A stretch of 64,000 bases of DNA from Chiloscyllium plagiosum. Its lineage: Eukaryota. Below, piece after piece: positions 1-13,145 of this stretch. The first letter of the stretch is position 1. Each line of letters opens with the position of its first letter. A program made the position numbers and the translations under genes. Below the pieces are notes generated by a model. It was not told where the DNA came from, ran no database searches, and saw only the letters and a program-made list of their open reading frames with translations. The stretch covers positions 79,345,678-79,409,677 of the forward strand of contig NC_057719.1 in NCBI RefSeq assembly GCF_004010195.1, read 5' to 3'.

Positions 1-1344
1 GCTCTTTGGAGGGTTGGTGTGGTCCTGATGGGCTGAATGGCCTGCTTCCACACTGTAGGGATTCTATGATAAAACATTGAGGCCTGCCTAGATTAGAGCC
101 ATTGAGGCCTGCCTGTCTGTCCTCGCTGATCCTATGTTGGAAGGGGTGCCTTCTCCAATATCCCATTGACATAATTCTATGTCCAATATTCCTTCGACCA
201 TATCACTGAAATTATTTTTTTAAAAAGCATAAAGTATCTGGTCATCATTACATTTTTGTGTTTGGGCATAAATGGTCCCCCCTTCCTGCCCCTACATGCA
301 TATACACACACTCGCTCACTCACATTCTGCATGACAGTCGTGACTGCGTTCCAAATAACACGTTATCAGCTGTAAATGCTTCAGGATGTCTTGAGGCCCT
401 AAAGAGTTCTCCAGACATCCACGTGCTTTAATTCCCATTCCCATTCCTCGATAAGGCTTCCTAATGAGCGCTGCACATCTGGGTTGGCTGGAAATCGTGA
501 CAAGCCACAGGTCGCTCGGAGACTCTATTCACTGTGGCCGTCTTTCAACCGGAGGCTGAAATCAGCTCTCTCATCTCAACCATCTGGCTCAACTTGAACA
601 TGGTCTCAGGAGTCTGAGGAGCCCAAATTGCCCAGTTCGGAATTTGTTTAATTCTTCAGTTGTGCGAGACAGTTGTGATCCCTACACCCCTTCATTCCCA
701 GCTAACCTACGTCACTTTTACATTTCAGTTTTGTTGCATAAAATGTAATATGCCTTCCTTCCAAGAGGCTGTAGCCTTGCTCTCAATATGTGTTGTGAAA
801 TGAAGAAAGTGGAGACAGGATGGGTGGTAGATGAACTGGTGCCCTATGTAGGCCTCAAGATGGAGATAAAGTTCTTACGACTGAAGAGGTCAAAGGGTGT
901 GGGGTGAAAGCAGGAACAGTTGAATAATCAGCCTTGACCGCACCGAATGGAGGAGCAGGATTGAAGGGCTGAATGGCCTACTCCTGTTCCAACTTGCTAT
1001 GTTTCTATGCCTTTCTTTGTTTTAATCTTCCTGAAGACATTCCCTAAGTTGACATCCCTCTAGTTAGGAGGAAGTGCTTGCATTTATATAGTGTCATGCA
1101 CAAACTTGGGTTATCTCAGAGTATCTTGCAGCTGAGTCACTTTCGATGCGTAAAGTACATTTGAAAAATAGGGAAAACAGGAAGTAATTTGTACACAGGC
1201 CAGATGAACAACAGAGGGCAATTCCCCACATTTGGAATCCCTTGATACTTCACAGAAGAGTCTGATTGGATTACATAGGCGAGAGTGGGATGTGAATCCA
1301 TGACCTCATAACACAAGCCCAGGAAGCTGCCATTAAATATTGAG

Positions 1345-1580
1345 TCCCAACAGCATGGAAGCAGGCTATTCTGCCCATCGAGTTCTTACTGACCCTTCAA
1401 AGAGCATCCTGTGTAAAGTCACAACATCGCACCCCCCCCATCCCCGTAACCCCGCATATCCCATGGCCAACCCACCTAGTCTGGACATCTTTGGACTGTG
1501 GGAGGAAACCGGAGCACCCAGAGGAAACCCACTGGAAGAATGTGCAAACTCCACAAAGACAGTCGCCCTGAGGCTGGGAA
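1345..1580 (-). mobile_element. HE1-like SINE, 5' truncated
   Basis: Central domain and tail match the other copies. Confidence 0.75.
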
Positions 1581-2234
1581 GCTCAGCACTTTATCAAAGA
1601 AGGATGACAAGGTCACTTTAAGAAAGAATCGCTCTGCTAAAATTGTGGTTGTCATGATAACACAAGCTTCAAAGTAAGTCTCATATTTCAACTAAGAGGA
1701 GCCTCTCCTGAAGAAAGTACACCACGTGTGTGCTGTGGAGCCTTCTTCCACCCACAGGCGTAAAGTTCCCCTCTCAGGTTGATGCATTCAGAGTGCTCTG
1801 TGACCCTCTTTCACCCCAGTTGTGTCAGGCTCCTCACCTTGCAGGCAGGTGGGGAGTTAGCAAAGACTTGAATTTCCAACATGACATCCTGAAGTGCATG
1901 GCAGTTAAAGCAATTAAAATATTTTGTGATAATATTGGGAGTGATGGGCACACCAAACTCTCTCAACAAGGGAACAACAGTTGATGATGCTTGTGAGATA
2001 GATGTTGGCTGGGAATCTGATCACCTTCAACATGGGAATACCAGCTCCGCTTTCTAGAGTGGAACCTGAGTCCACCATCTTGGAGATGGGAATTTTGGTC
2101 ATTGATCCACACCTTGACAGCTATGTGTCCTGAAACAGAGTCATACCAAACTGCAACTTGCACTCTGTTTCTTTCCCCCCTAGATGCTGTCAGGCCATCT
2201 GAGTTTCTCCAGTCATGTTTCATTACATTTCTTT

Positions 2235-2554
2235 CATAGGATTCCTATAAGTGTGGAAACAAGCCCGTTGGCCCAACACATCCACACCAACCCTCTGAAG
2301 AGTATCCCACCAAAACCCATTCCTTTACCCTACATTCACCCCCTAACACATCCTTGAATACCATGGGCAATTTAGCACAGCCAAATCACCTAGCCTGCAC
2401 ATCTTTGGATTGTGGATGGAAACCCAGAGCAAACCCACGCAGACACGGGGAGAATGTGCAAACTCCACACAGACAGTTGCCTGAGGCTAGAATCGAACCC
2501 AGGTCCCTGGCGCTGTGAGGCAGCAGTGCTAACCACTGAGCCACCATGCCGCCC
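2235..2554 (-). mobile_element. HE1-like (V-SINE) shark SINE, near full length
   Basis: tRNA-derived head (tggctcagtggttagcactgctgcctcacagcgcc...ggttcgattc), central gtggagtttgcacattctccccgtgtctgcgtgggtt domain, CR1-like tail. Confidence 0.85.
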
Positions 2555-2699
2555 TTTTGTCAAGTGTCTACCCTAGAGGGGAATAAATTTGGGATTTAGC
2601 CCCCGGGGTTGCATGAAGTTAAGAGCCAGTCTCTCATTGGTGCCCAATTTGAACTCCCCTGCACTCCAGGAAATAAGGTAATCAAGTGTCCAAGCGATT

Positions 2700-3720
2700 G
2701 AGAGGACAGGCCTGTGATGTGTGATGACAGGATTAGGCGAGAGTTTTTTTTCTGGGAGATGGGCGGACGGCGGGGTTTAGTGCAGCAATGTTTGACTTCC
2801 TCTGTTGAGTTTTCCATGCTGGCTGGTGTTTTCAGGCCTGACCTGAAGCAGACAGGTGATTGTGCTCTGATGTCATTGCCACACCTTGTTCAAGGAGAGA
2901 GAGAGAGAGAGAACTGAATGTGCAAGGAAGAAAGGGGCTGAGGGAGACTGTGAGGCAACAGAGTTACTCGTTTCTCATTGAAAGCACCACTTCAGTTCGA
3001 GCTTTTGTCCATTTTCTCTCGGTTTGAGGAGAGGGCTTGCTTTACTGAAGTGCTGGAGGTAAAGATGTGTCAATGACGACTTTGAACAGAAGAATCACAA
3101 AGTGGTTGGGTAAGATTTTGTGATTTCTCTCTCTCTCTTGCGCTGATTGTTTAGTGGTCGGTACCTTGATGTCAGGCGAGTGTTGGGTTGAAAGTCCCTT
3201 GAACATTCCCCCACCCCGACCACTGGAGCTGATCGGGTGCGGTATAGACTCTCGATATCATCCGAACAACAGTTTGCGAGCTGTGGCTTTACATTTTGTG
3301 CGACCCCCCCCGAGCTTCGTGCCTTGACGCAATCATGAAACCCTTACAGGTCCTGAGTCCATGCCTCTGTAATTTGGCTGCAGCCTTAAGCTGCAATTAG
3401 TTCAGTCTTAACTAACGCGGTGCGCTGTGGCTATTTAAACCCTGGGAAACTGGATGGTGGAACAAGGGAGCGTCTCTATTGACAGTGCTGGAGTCACAAG
3501 TGAAAAGTGTCAGAATTCCTTGCTTTTGCCTTCTCCCCTCTCACGCTGCTGCTGATGGACCACCTCAACTGATTGGCATCTCCTGGCACAGTCACATGCC
3601 AATCAGGTCACCCGCCTTGCAACTGGTGCAGCTGTAGATAAGAAGAGGATAGACATGTGGAACTGCTTTCGGTCTGTGGCGTGCTTGTCACTCCCCCCCC
3701 CCCCTCCCCCGTCCTAAACT
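2700..3720 (+). promoter_or_regulatory. Putative promoter / first-exon region
   Basis: Repeat-free, locally CpG-rich, GC-box-like GGGCGG at 2761, inverted CCAAT pair at 3569-3606; surrounds the candidate first exon. Confidence 0.5.
3073..3109 (+). CDS. PLEKHG3: Candidate first coding exon of the RhoGEF gene (MTTLNRRITKWL + G)
   Basis: ATG at 3073, 12 open codons, then G|GTAAGA donor. The phase-1 end joins the AA starting exon 17844 to give GAA (Glu) in frame. Lies in non-repetitive, CpG-enriched sequence. Not in the ORF track. Confidence 0.7.
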
Positions 3721-5809
3721 AGCCACAACTCAGGGCTGATGTAGGATGGCCTGGGGCGCACTCCCTTTCCCAACTGTGGGAAGCATTCTGCTTCAAGCTC
3801 TAGGATGATCCAGGGGCCGTTCGGCCAGCTCTTTGAAAAAAGCTATCCAATTCTCCCTCTCTCCCTTCTTTATGGCCTTCCAAATTTCTCCTTTGTCACT
3901 GCTGGAAGTTATTAATGAACCTGCACCCACCTCTATTTGCATTCAACATCACAACAACTCATTGATTTTGAATCGTTCTTCTTGGACTCTTGTGTCAACT
4001 TTCTTATTTGGAACTTATTAATCCCGGTGACTCCATTTGTTCAGAGCTCCATTCTGATAAAAACTAATTTAGCAGGAAGGCTTCTGCTTGGCTTGTGATT
4101 TTCATGCACTGCAGATCAAAACAGGCCATTTATAAATATACAGTACTGCCTCTTTAATCATCCAGACAGCATGTCAGTCTTGGGAGGAAAATGTTGCCAA
4201 CATTAGGGAGGTCTAAGTTACACTTGAATAAAGTGAACTGTTTTCTCTACTGTATTAAAATAGCTTGTAATCCATAGGAGACGCAGTGGCTACTCTCTAA
4301 AGCTTGCTTGCAAAGCAACATTGTCACTCGAACCAAAATTGATGCCTTTCATTAATAAAAGTGGTAGAAAAATGATTCTCATTGTTTGTTTGAGAACGTG
4401 CCACTGTTCAATAGAAGTGGTTAGGAAAAGGCCTTGGTTCACTAACATTCTACACACATGATAATGGATGAAAGGGTGCCTCATCCAATTGAAATTGAGG
4501 AGGGTCTGTTCCATGTGGAATTCAAGGCTTTGAATACGCTGGGAACATTTTTTTTGTCTCGATCAGAAGTGATGCAAGTAGGCTTTGACCATGGGAATTC
4601 TGTACAGTGGAAATGAATTGGAAGGAGGTGCAGTGTATTGAGAATCTACACTGTATGTGGGTGTGGGAAAGGCTTTGCTTTATTGGGGAAAAGTCAAGAA
4701 CTGGGTACTTTGAGCGTGTGTAATATAAAGGGATATCGCCCATTGGAATCCTGCGCTGAGTTGCTGCTTCATGTGGGGCAGGAGTTTATTGATACTCCTG
4801 TTATTGTGTATACATTCTGGAAGAGGTATCCTCAGCCTTCCTCCACTTTCGGTAAATAGAAAGGTGGGCGCGGAATCTTGCAACACACCCAGTGGTAAAA
4901 AAAAAATTCCCAAAGGTGTAGTTAGAACTTGGATTGTATCAGAATAGAAAATTACGTGCTGTGCTGTACAAGGGTGTGAAGTATTGCTGGTTACAGATCT
5001 ATCACCAGGGATGGAGTAAAGAGTATAATTTGAGTTTGTGACTTATGAGTGTTGCACAAGAAGTGCATTGACATAATGATGGAGTGTGCTGGCTTAGGCT
5101 TGGTACTTTTCTTATAGAGTGTTGATCCATATAAACTCACTCCTAATATGACAGCAACAGTATTTATGTCCATATTTTCTGGCTGTCACAGTGCAGTGTC
5201 ACATGTTGAAAAATACCAGTAATGCTTTGCGCTCCAGGGACAGTGTATAGGAGCCAATATGGCCACAAGCTCTTAATTGACTTTCCCCACATATAAATCC
5301 TGGTTTGAATCTCCAGCCAGGATTGTCACTAACCTTTGAATGAACTTAACCCTAGTCGCCATTTTACAACTGCTCTCCTTAAAGGGGCTCCTGCATCAGA
5401 AAGTTGATTGCTTGTATTTCACATGAGATTCTGTTCTTTTACGAAACATCCCCTGTCAGATTTAGATTTACCAGTGTGTAGATAGATAGAATTTTATATT
5501 TTAATGCGTAGTGCAAGATCTGTACAATGCCCAGAGGTCACTTGCCATGTTATGGAAGGAAGCAACTTTGACAAAGCAAAGGGAAAGGAAACCAAGCATT
5601 ATAATTTCTTCTTGACCTGGAGCAGAAAGCAAATTGCTGCCTGTAATTGATGTCTGGAATTTAAAAGGGCTCTAATTACCTGGGGAGTATGTAAAGAGTG
5701 GCCTTAAAGGGACAGCTCAGCACCTGATGTCATAAGTGTTCCAATGTCTAGACTACTCGCGAACAGATTAACTGGGAAATGTTCTGGTTTCCTCAGTGAT
5801 GTCTCTCCT

Positions 5810-6192
5810 CTCTCGAAGTGCGGTGGCTTTTGGGGGTTCAAGTGTCACCCCAGAAATTTAAAGCACGGTATCTAACCTGCTGCTCCCAGTGCAGTGCTGA
5901 GAGAGTGCAGCACAGAACGAGATATTAATATGAGACTTCTCAGATGGACACATTAGATTCCAAAGCTCCATGGCAAGCTCGAGCTGGGAAGGTCTGCCAC
6001 TATCCTGACCAGCGTTTCTCCCTCGGCCAACATCACTAGAACAGGATTGACTAGACCTGATCGGGTGGCTGTATGTGGGAGCTTGCTATGAGGTCCTATA
6101 ACAGGGACTGCACTTCAAAAGTAGACACTTCATTGACTGCAAAATTCTGTGGGAAAGCCATGAACAATGCTACATAATTGCATGCTTTTTCT
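5810..6192 (+). mobile_element. Old Deu-domain (SacSINE/AmnSINE-like) SINE
   Basis: ctcccagtgcagtgctgagagagtgc...gctgtatgtgggagcttgct...cacttcaaaagta...ttcattgactgcaaa. Confidence 0.6.
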
Positions 6193-8492
6193 TCATTAAT
6201 TTTCTCTTTTTTTTTTCTAATTTTCTCTTCCACTCGCTGCTTCCTTCCTCGCCTTCGACAATTCTTCGTGTGTTCCAGCGAGCCGACGCCAGTTTTTACT
6301 GAGCTGCGTTGATTAGTCCTGCTCCTCCCATACCTCCCCTCACCATTCCTGAATATAAAAGGTTGCAACTCCTGTTTGGTGGCCATCACAAGGAAAGCGC
6401 TCTCCTGCTAGAGAGCTGTTGGACTGCCAGAGCATCACAACTAAAAACTATGCTCCTCCAACAGCCACTGTCTTCCGTGTCCCAATGTGGTGATGGCTAG
6501 TTGGTAATAAGAGGGAATGGGACGCTGGGCAGATTGGCCTGGGTTATTGAGGCCTGTCACATTGACCCAGTTCAGCAAACCATCAGAGATCAGAATGCAA
6601 GTCAGAGACCTTTCTATTGTATCTAAATTAGTATTTTCCATCTGTTTATCCACCGAGTTGGGGATATGGATTGTCAGGAAGGGGCACAGAAGCCCAAGAA
6701 TAAATATTTCAAAGGGTTTACTGCTTTTGTGGATACCATTTTCCAAGGGGAAGTGGTCAGGTCAGTAGAGACAGGTACTATGTTGCAATTTCTGATTTAA
6801 ATACACCTGTCCAAAGCAGTCAGGTTAGCCTGTGGGGATGTCTAAGGTGAGGCTTCCTTGCTGTAGCCACATCCATTGAGCATAGTCATTACAGGCTAGG
6901 GTGAGGTTCCAGGAAGGGAGGAGGGCAGAGGTTGGTGGTGCTTCGAATTAGTGAGGTGCTGGAAAGTGGAATGTTGACAGTCTGTGGTTGTTACAGGAAC
7001 AGGTCTTCATACGAGATGGATGTTGTTGTGAATCTGCTACTGAACGTGTGCTAACATGCCAATGGGGAAATGTTGCTTCTGATGCCCTGTACTGAGTTGG
7101 GTGAGTTAGTATGTGTACCGAATAATGCCTCGTACTGAATTTGCTTTGTATTGCACAGCAGGCACAATGGGCCGAACAGCCACCTCTGCGCTGTACAGGC
7201 AGTTCTTCCAGAACGTGTTGGTTGTATTCCTATGCAACCCAGCGCTATACAGAAACGTGCCATACAAATAACATTTAAAGTGTTGGTGATGCAATCGCAC
7301 TACAGCCAACACATGTTTTAAAAGTTTGAACTTAAAAAGCAGCATTCCCTATTTGTCAGTCAAGTTACAGCGAATTTGCATTGATGAAATGTGTGTTATA
7401 GACAAACAGGTCGTTCTGCTATCTTGTGCAGTGTACCACACACTCCTTAGAGTGAGCATGATAGCATATTGATTATGTTACTGGATTAGATCTCCAGTGT
7501 GTGTATTTTCAAATAGCAGCAGGCACTTTGAGAACATCAGTTCAATTCACTTTAAACCATAAATTGATATTTAAAAAGCTTGACTCAATAAAAGTAACCA
7601 CGAGGCTGGTAGATTGTCATAAAAATCACACACTGTTGTCCTAATCCAGTGTGGCTGCCTTTCCTAGACCCCCCGCAAGCCTGATGGATATTTGTACTGC
7701 AGCCAGTAGATAGCTGATGCAAGTACTGCTCACCACGAAAGGGAACTGCCATGTTTAACATGCCCTCCCTCGTACATCTATGAGATGCATTGCAGCAATT
7801 CATCAAAACTCATTAGATAGCACCGTCCAAACCTGCAAACTCTACCATCTAGAAAGAGAAGCTAATAGGTATACGGGAACACTATAAGTCGCCGTCCACT
7901 TTCCTGATTTAGAAATAAAGCTTCATTCCTTCAGTGTGGCTGGGTCAAAATCCTGGAACTGCCTCCGTAATGGCATTGTGGGAAGATCCATACTGTAAGG
8001 ACTGCAGTGGTTCAAGAAGACAGCTTGCCACCATCTTCTCAAGGGCAATGGTGCTCACATCTCCTGGTAAAATGTTTACAAAAATTGATAGTGCTGTCAA
8101 ATTGATGCTGGTATGTGCGTTTCTATTCTGACAAGAACTGGAATGTGCACCAGCCCTCAGGAATTGGAACTTGTCCCTCTGCTGATATTTGTGTAGGAAT
8201 CTCCTTCCCTACACAATGGTGAGAGCTGGTGTGTATACTTGGTAACCTGATAGGAGCTGATATGTTATGTCGAGATGGGTACAGGTATCCTGATGCTGAG
8301 AGTGGTGTACACGCACTAGTCCTGGTATGAGTTAGGGGTTGGTTAGCTCAGTTGGCTGAATGATGCATAATAATGACAACAGGGCGTGTTCGATTCCCTG
8401 TGGTCCTCTGGGACTATTCTGACTTTACCTTACTTGGCCATCTCTGGAAATTGGCACATGTACTAGCCCTCTCTCTAATGTAAGCTAGTTTG

Positions 8493-8714
8493 TACTGGCA
8501 GTCCCCAGGTTACAGAAAAGTTTTATTCCTGAGCACATTTGTAAGTTGATTTGTTACACAACGAAACACAATACAGTGCAGTATAAATTAGCCATTAATA
8601 AGCACAAGTGAATGCTTGCATGTCAGATCCTTAAAATTAATAGTTAGTATGGGATGTCATGCGTAAGTATGAGTTTTTGTAAGTCAGATGTTCCTAGACC
8701 GGGGACAGCCTGTA
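8493..8714. mobile_element. Tigger/pogo-like MITE
   Basis: TA-flanked imperfect TIRs tactggcagtccccagg / ccggggacagcctgta. Confidence 0.75.
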
Positions 8715-9720
8715 CTGGTACCTTGAGGAGAGTATAGTGTTGCACTGATCCTGGGATGCCTGGCTGAAGTGTCCGTCCCCACTGGGAATTTGAGTGTTAG
8801 GAAGTGTCTGTCTGGATCAGGGACAGCTATTGAAACCGGCCTAGTGTCTGTTCAGTTCAGTATAAAGAGCAACTTGTTTATCCACACACACAGGCTCAGT
8901 TGTGTACTGTAGCCCTAGTTTTATTTGACTGATTATCATATCAGTGTTTGTTTTTATTTTGAATTGGTTCCTCTCTTTTTTTTTCCCCTTATGGGGGGGG
9001 GGGGGGGGGCATTTTTTTTCAAAGTCTTGACTGAATGCCAAATTCAATCTTAGTCAAAGGTACTCTCTTGAGCTGACCCTACTCCCGTCCTCTTGGATGC
9101 ATTGGCCTTGAAAAAGAAGGGGCTAGTGAGAATGATAGGGGTCAAGTCTTTCTGAGACAGGCCCATGCTGGTCTTTAGGCTTTTCCATCCACTCCACTTT
9201 ATTTGAAACTCATTTCCCTTTCGCTCTGTTTCCGTGCTGTAAATTCCTGTCTAATTCTATGTACGTAATCCCGAGACCTTGGCATTCAAAACATCATTTC
9301 GCTTCCACATTCTTCAACCAGCTGCTGCTCCTCGGTAAAAATACCTCTGACTAAACTGACTCGTAATCATGCGCTGAGCAAACCCAAAATAAAACCTTCC
9401 CTTTTAAAACAGTGGCTCATCGTCACGAAAGTGCACGTCTGATGTTTGTGGGTGGTCAGCTGCAGTGTTGGCAAGCCACCTCAATTGTAGGTTTGCTGCC
9501 CAGACAGCAGCAGAACATTAGGAGCTCAGGTCCCACGCCAGAGGCTTGAATGCATAATCCAGGCTGGACACCCCAGTGCAATTGGGAAGGAGAATGGACA
9601 TTAAACCGAGGCCCCCTTCTACTCCCTTGGGTGCGTATACAGGACCCTGTGGCATTGTTTAGAAAGAACGATCTGCCCGACGTTTGTCCCTCAACCAACC
9701 TCCTGAAATAGCAGATCATC

Positions 9721-10027
9721 TGGCTCAGTGGTTAGCACTGCTGCCTGACAGCACCAGGGTCTCAGGTTCGATTCCAGCGTCTGGCAACTGTCTGTGTGGA
9801 GTTTGAACGTTCTCCCTGTGTCTGCGTGGGTTTCCTTCGGGTGCTGCAGTTTCCTCCCACAGTCCAAAGATGTGCCGGTCAGGTGAATTGGCCATGTTAA
9901 CTTGCCCATAGTGTTAGGCTCATTAGTCAGAGGGAAATGGGTCTGGGTGGGTTACTCTTCGGAGGATTGGTATGGACCGGTTGGGCCGAAGGGCCTGTTT
10001 CCACACTGTAAGGAATCTAATCAAATC
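9721..10027 (+). mobile_element. HE1-like SINE inserted into a Deu-domain SINE
   Basis: Head, body and tail ending aatctaatcaaatc; host SINE lies at about 9520-9720 and 10028-10170. Confidence 0.85.
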
Positions 10028-10409
10028 TTTGCAGGATCTTGCTGTGCATATCCCCTTCCCTGCTTCCTCTGTTATGACTGTGATTCAGAAAACCCAATTG
10101 GCTGTAAAGCATTTCGGACACTGGGTTGTGTGTGTGTCAGTGTAAGTAAATACGATCCGTTCTCTCTAAAGCTACATTGTCTGTTTCCCGGTTTCCAGTC
10201 AGATGCTGTGTCGTCTCCTAACACATGCCACAGCCCTGCCACTCTGCTTGTTGGGACAGGGGTGATCTTGACTGTTCAAACAGGCTCCCGCTTGTCCTGA
10301 AAGGAGCCTTCATTTGAATTTCATCGCAGATACCCCGATTGCCTTCTGTATGCTTTGCACATGTTAGAACACCATGTGCTGAGTTGAGGGTTTCTGACTG
10401 CTTGGGGAC

Positions 10410-11168
10410 TTAGAGGCGCTCTTCCTCCAGCCGTCGTGTTGCTATGGTCTGGCGATGGAGGAGTCCAAGGACCTGCATGTCCTTGGTGGGGCGGGAGGGG
10501 GAGTTGAAGTGTTGAGCCACGGGGTGGTTGGTCCGGGTGTCCCAGAGGTGTTCTCTGAAACGTTCTGCAAGTAGGCGGCCTGTCTCCCCAATATAGAGGA
10601 GGCCACATCGGGTGCAGCGGATGCAATAGATGATGTGTGTGGAGGTGCAGGTGAATTTGTGGCGGATATGGAAGTATCCCTTGGGGCCTTGGAGGGAAGT
10701 AAGGGGGGGAGGTGTGGCGCAAGTTTTGCATTTCCTGCGGTTGCAGGGGTAGGTGCCGGGAGTGGAGGTTGGGTTGCTCCCCCGCCCTTGAGCCCCGCCC
10801 CTCCAACCGCCACCAGGACAGAACCCCACTGGTCCTCACCTACCACCCTACCAATGTACATGTACAGCATATCAACCGCCTTCCTAACCTGCAATCTTCT
10901 TCCTGACCTCTCCGCCCCCCCCCCACTCCGGCCTATCACCCTCACCTTGACCTCCTTCCTCCTATCGCATTTCCAACGCCCCTCCCCCAAGTCCCTCCTC
11001 CCTACCTTTTATCTTAGCCTGCTGGACACACTTTCCTCATTCCTGAAGAAGGGCTTATGCCTGAAATGTCGATTCTCCTGTTCCTTGGATGCTGCCTGAC
11101 CTGCTGCGCTTTTCCAGCAACACATTTTCAGCTCTGATCTCCAGCATCTGCAGTCCTCACTTTCTCCT
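10410..11168. mobile_element. Rearranged Penelope-like retroelement remnant (GIY-YIG endonuclease on -, linker and terminal repeat on +)
   Basis: Minus ORF has PCNRRKCKTC...IIYCIRCTRCGLLYIGETGRLLAERFREH...PVAQHFN...RRLEEERL (GIY-YIG). Plus strand has DRTPLVLTYHPT and then the terminal sequence with a hammerhead-like core. Confidence 0.9.
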
Positions 11169-12384
11169 GCTTGGGGATTTAAGCATGAATGGATTGTGTG
11201 GGCTTACACAAGTGAGCCAAGGTTTGAGACCCCTTTCTCTCTACCAAGTCAGGCGTTCTGAAGTGGCAGCTGATCTTGTCAATTTTCCCCCCCACTCCAG
11301 AGCTAAGGAGCAGATTCCTTCCCTAAAGGACATTTAGTGAACTAGATGGGTATTTTTTCCAACACTTAACAATGGATTTGAGGTCATCATCAGATTCTTA
11401 ATCCCAGACGTTTATTGAATTTGAATTCCACCATCTGCCATGGCGGGATTCGAAGCCGGGTTCCAGAACATGACCTGGGTCTCTGGATTATCAGTCCGGT
11501 GGTAATACCACTAGGCTACTGCACCACCCACCCCCAAATTAAAGAGCTGTTTACATCATATCTAGGATATGCAGGCTATCTGGATTATGCAGGGGTTACA
11601 GGGATAGGGTGGTGAGGTGAATCTGTTTAGGATGTTCTTCGGAGAGTCGATGTGGACTCAATGGGCCAAACACTTGTTTCCGCACTATAGATTCTACGAT
11701 ACACCCCTCCCCAACTCTGTGACCACCTCCACTCCCAATGACCCGTGAGATCTTTGTGCCTGTCAAACCTGGGCCTTTTGTATCTCCCCGATTTGGATCA
11801 CGCTCTCATTGGAAGCCCTGCCTTCCATGGTCTGAGGTTCCAAGTTCCCCCTAAGCTTTCTGTCTCTACCTCTCTCTAATTCTTTCAGGTCCTTCTTGAA
11901 GCTATTCCCTTTACCAGGTTTTTGATGACCTCCTGACGTTCTGCAGTGTAACTTGATGTCAAATGTCTTACTGCATTTCATTGTGTTAAAGGTGCTGCAA
12001 AAGTGTAAGTCATTAATTTTGACCACAACCTCAGACCTGGTATGGCACTGGTTCTCCTTGTGTCTCCCTGTCAGCATGCACACGACGTTTGGATCTAAGT
12101 TACCTCCCTGTTTAATGTCCCAACCTTACATACCTGATTGTGTATGCCTGAGGGAGAGAACTCACTGTAGAGGCTGATTTCTTGCTGCTCCTGGATGCCT
12201 TGGAACATTCCGGAATGAACAAAAATAATCCCATTAGGGAATTAAAAAGTTTGCACTTTTTCATGGAAATATTGATTAAGTTATTTGAAACATACTTAAG
12301 AGGTTACATGATAGCACCATCAGGATTGTAGCTTAGGGAAGCTTAGATGTTTGACTTTTTACTGAGTTTAGCAAAGAGTTGAAT

Positions 12385-13145
12385 CATAGAGACATACAGC
12401 ATGGAAACAAACCCTTCATTCCAACTCATCCACGCCGACTGGGTATCTTAACCTCATCTAGTCCCATTTGCCAGCACTTAGCCCATATCCCTCTAAACCC
12501 TTCCTATTCATGTACCCATCCAGATGCCTTTTAAATGCTGTAATTGTACCAGCCTCTTCCACTTCCTCTGGCAGCTCATTCCATACATGCACTACCTTCT
12601 GTGTGAAAAAGTTGCCCCTTAGGTCCCTTTTTAAGTCTTTTTTTCCCCCCTCACCCAAACCTATGCCCTCTAGTTCTGGACACTTTTTTTTCTCCCCCCA
12701 ACCCCCACCCCAGGGAAAAGACCTTGTCTATTTACTCTATCCATGCCCCTCATGATTTTCTAAACCTATAGAGTCACCCTTCAGCCTCTAACGCTCCAGG
12801 GAAAACAGCTCCAGCCTATTCAGCCTCTCCCTGTAGCTCAAACCCTCCAACTGTGTAAATCTTTTCTGAACCCTTTCATGTTTCACAACATCCTTCTGTT
12901 AGGAAGGAGACCAGAATTGCAGGCAATATTCCAAAGTGGCTTAACCAATGTCCTGGACAGCCGCAACATGACCTCCCAACTCCTGTACTCAATGCTCTGA
13001 CCAATAAAGGAAAGCATACCAAACGCCGCCTTCACTATCTTGTCTATCTGCGACTCTACTTTCAAGAAGCTATGAACCTGCACTCCAAGGTCTCTTTGTT
13101 CAGCAACAGCCCCAGCACCTTACCATTAAGTGTATAAGTCCTGCT
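12385..13145 (-). mobile_element. CR1 (HER1-like) LINE 3' fragment
   Basis: Minus peptides QVHSFLKVESQIDKIVKAAFGMLSFIGQSIEYRSWEVMLRL and RGNFFTQKVVHVWNELPEEV...FKRHLDGYM. Confidence 0.9.

Noticed and set aside
8993..9010. Poly-G runs (also about 28074-28091; C-rich run 3693-3710) as G-quadruplex elements
   Set aside because: Simple homopolymers of uncertain length in an assembly; no evidence of function.
10321..11099. Overlapping 154-182 aa ORFs
   Set aside because: Alternative frames or antisense of the GC-rich Penelope remnant.
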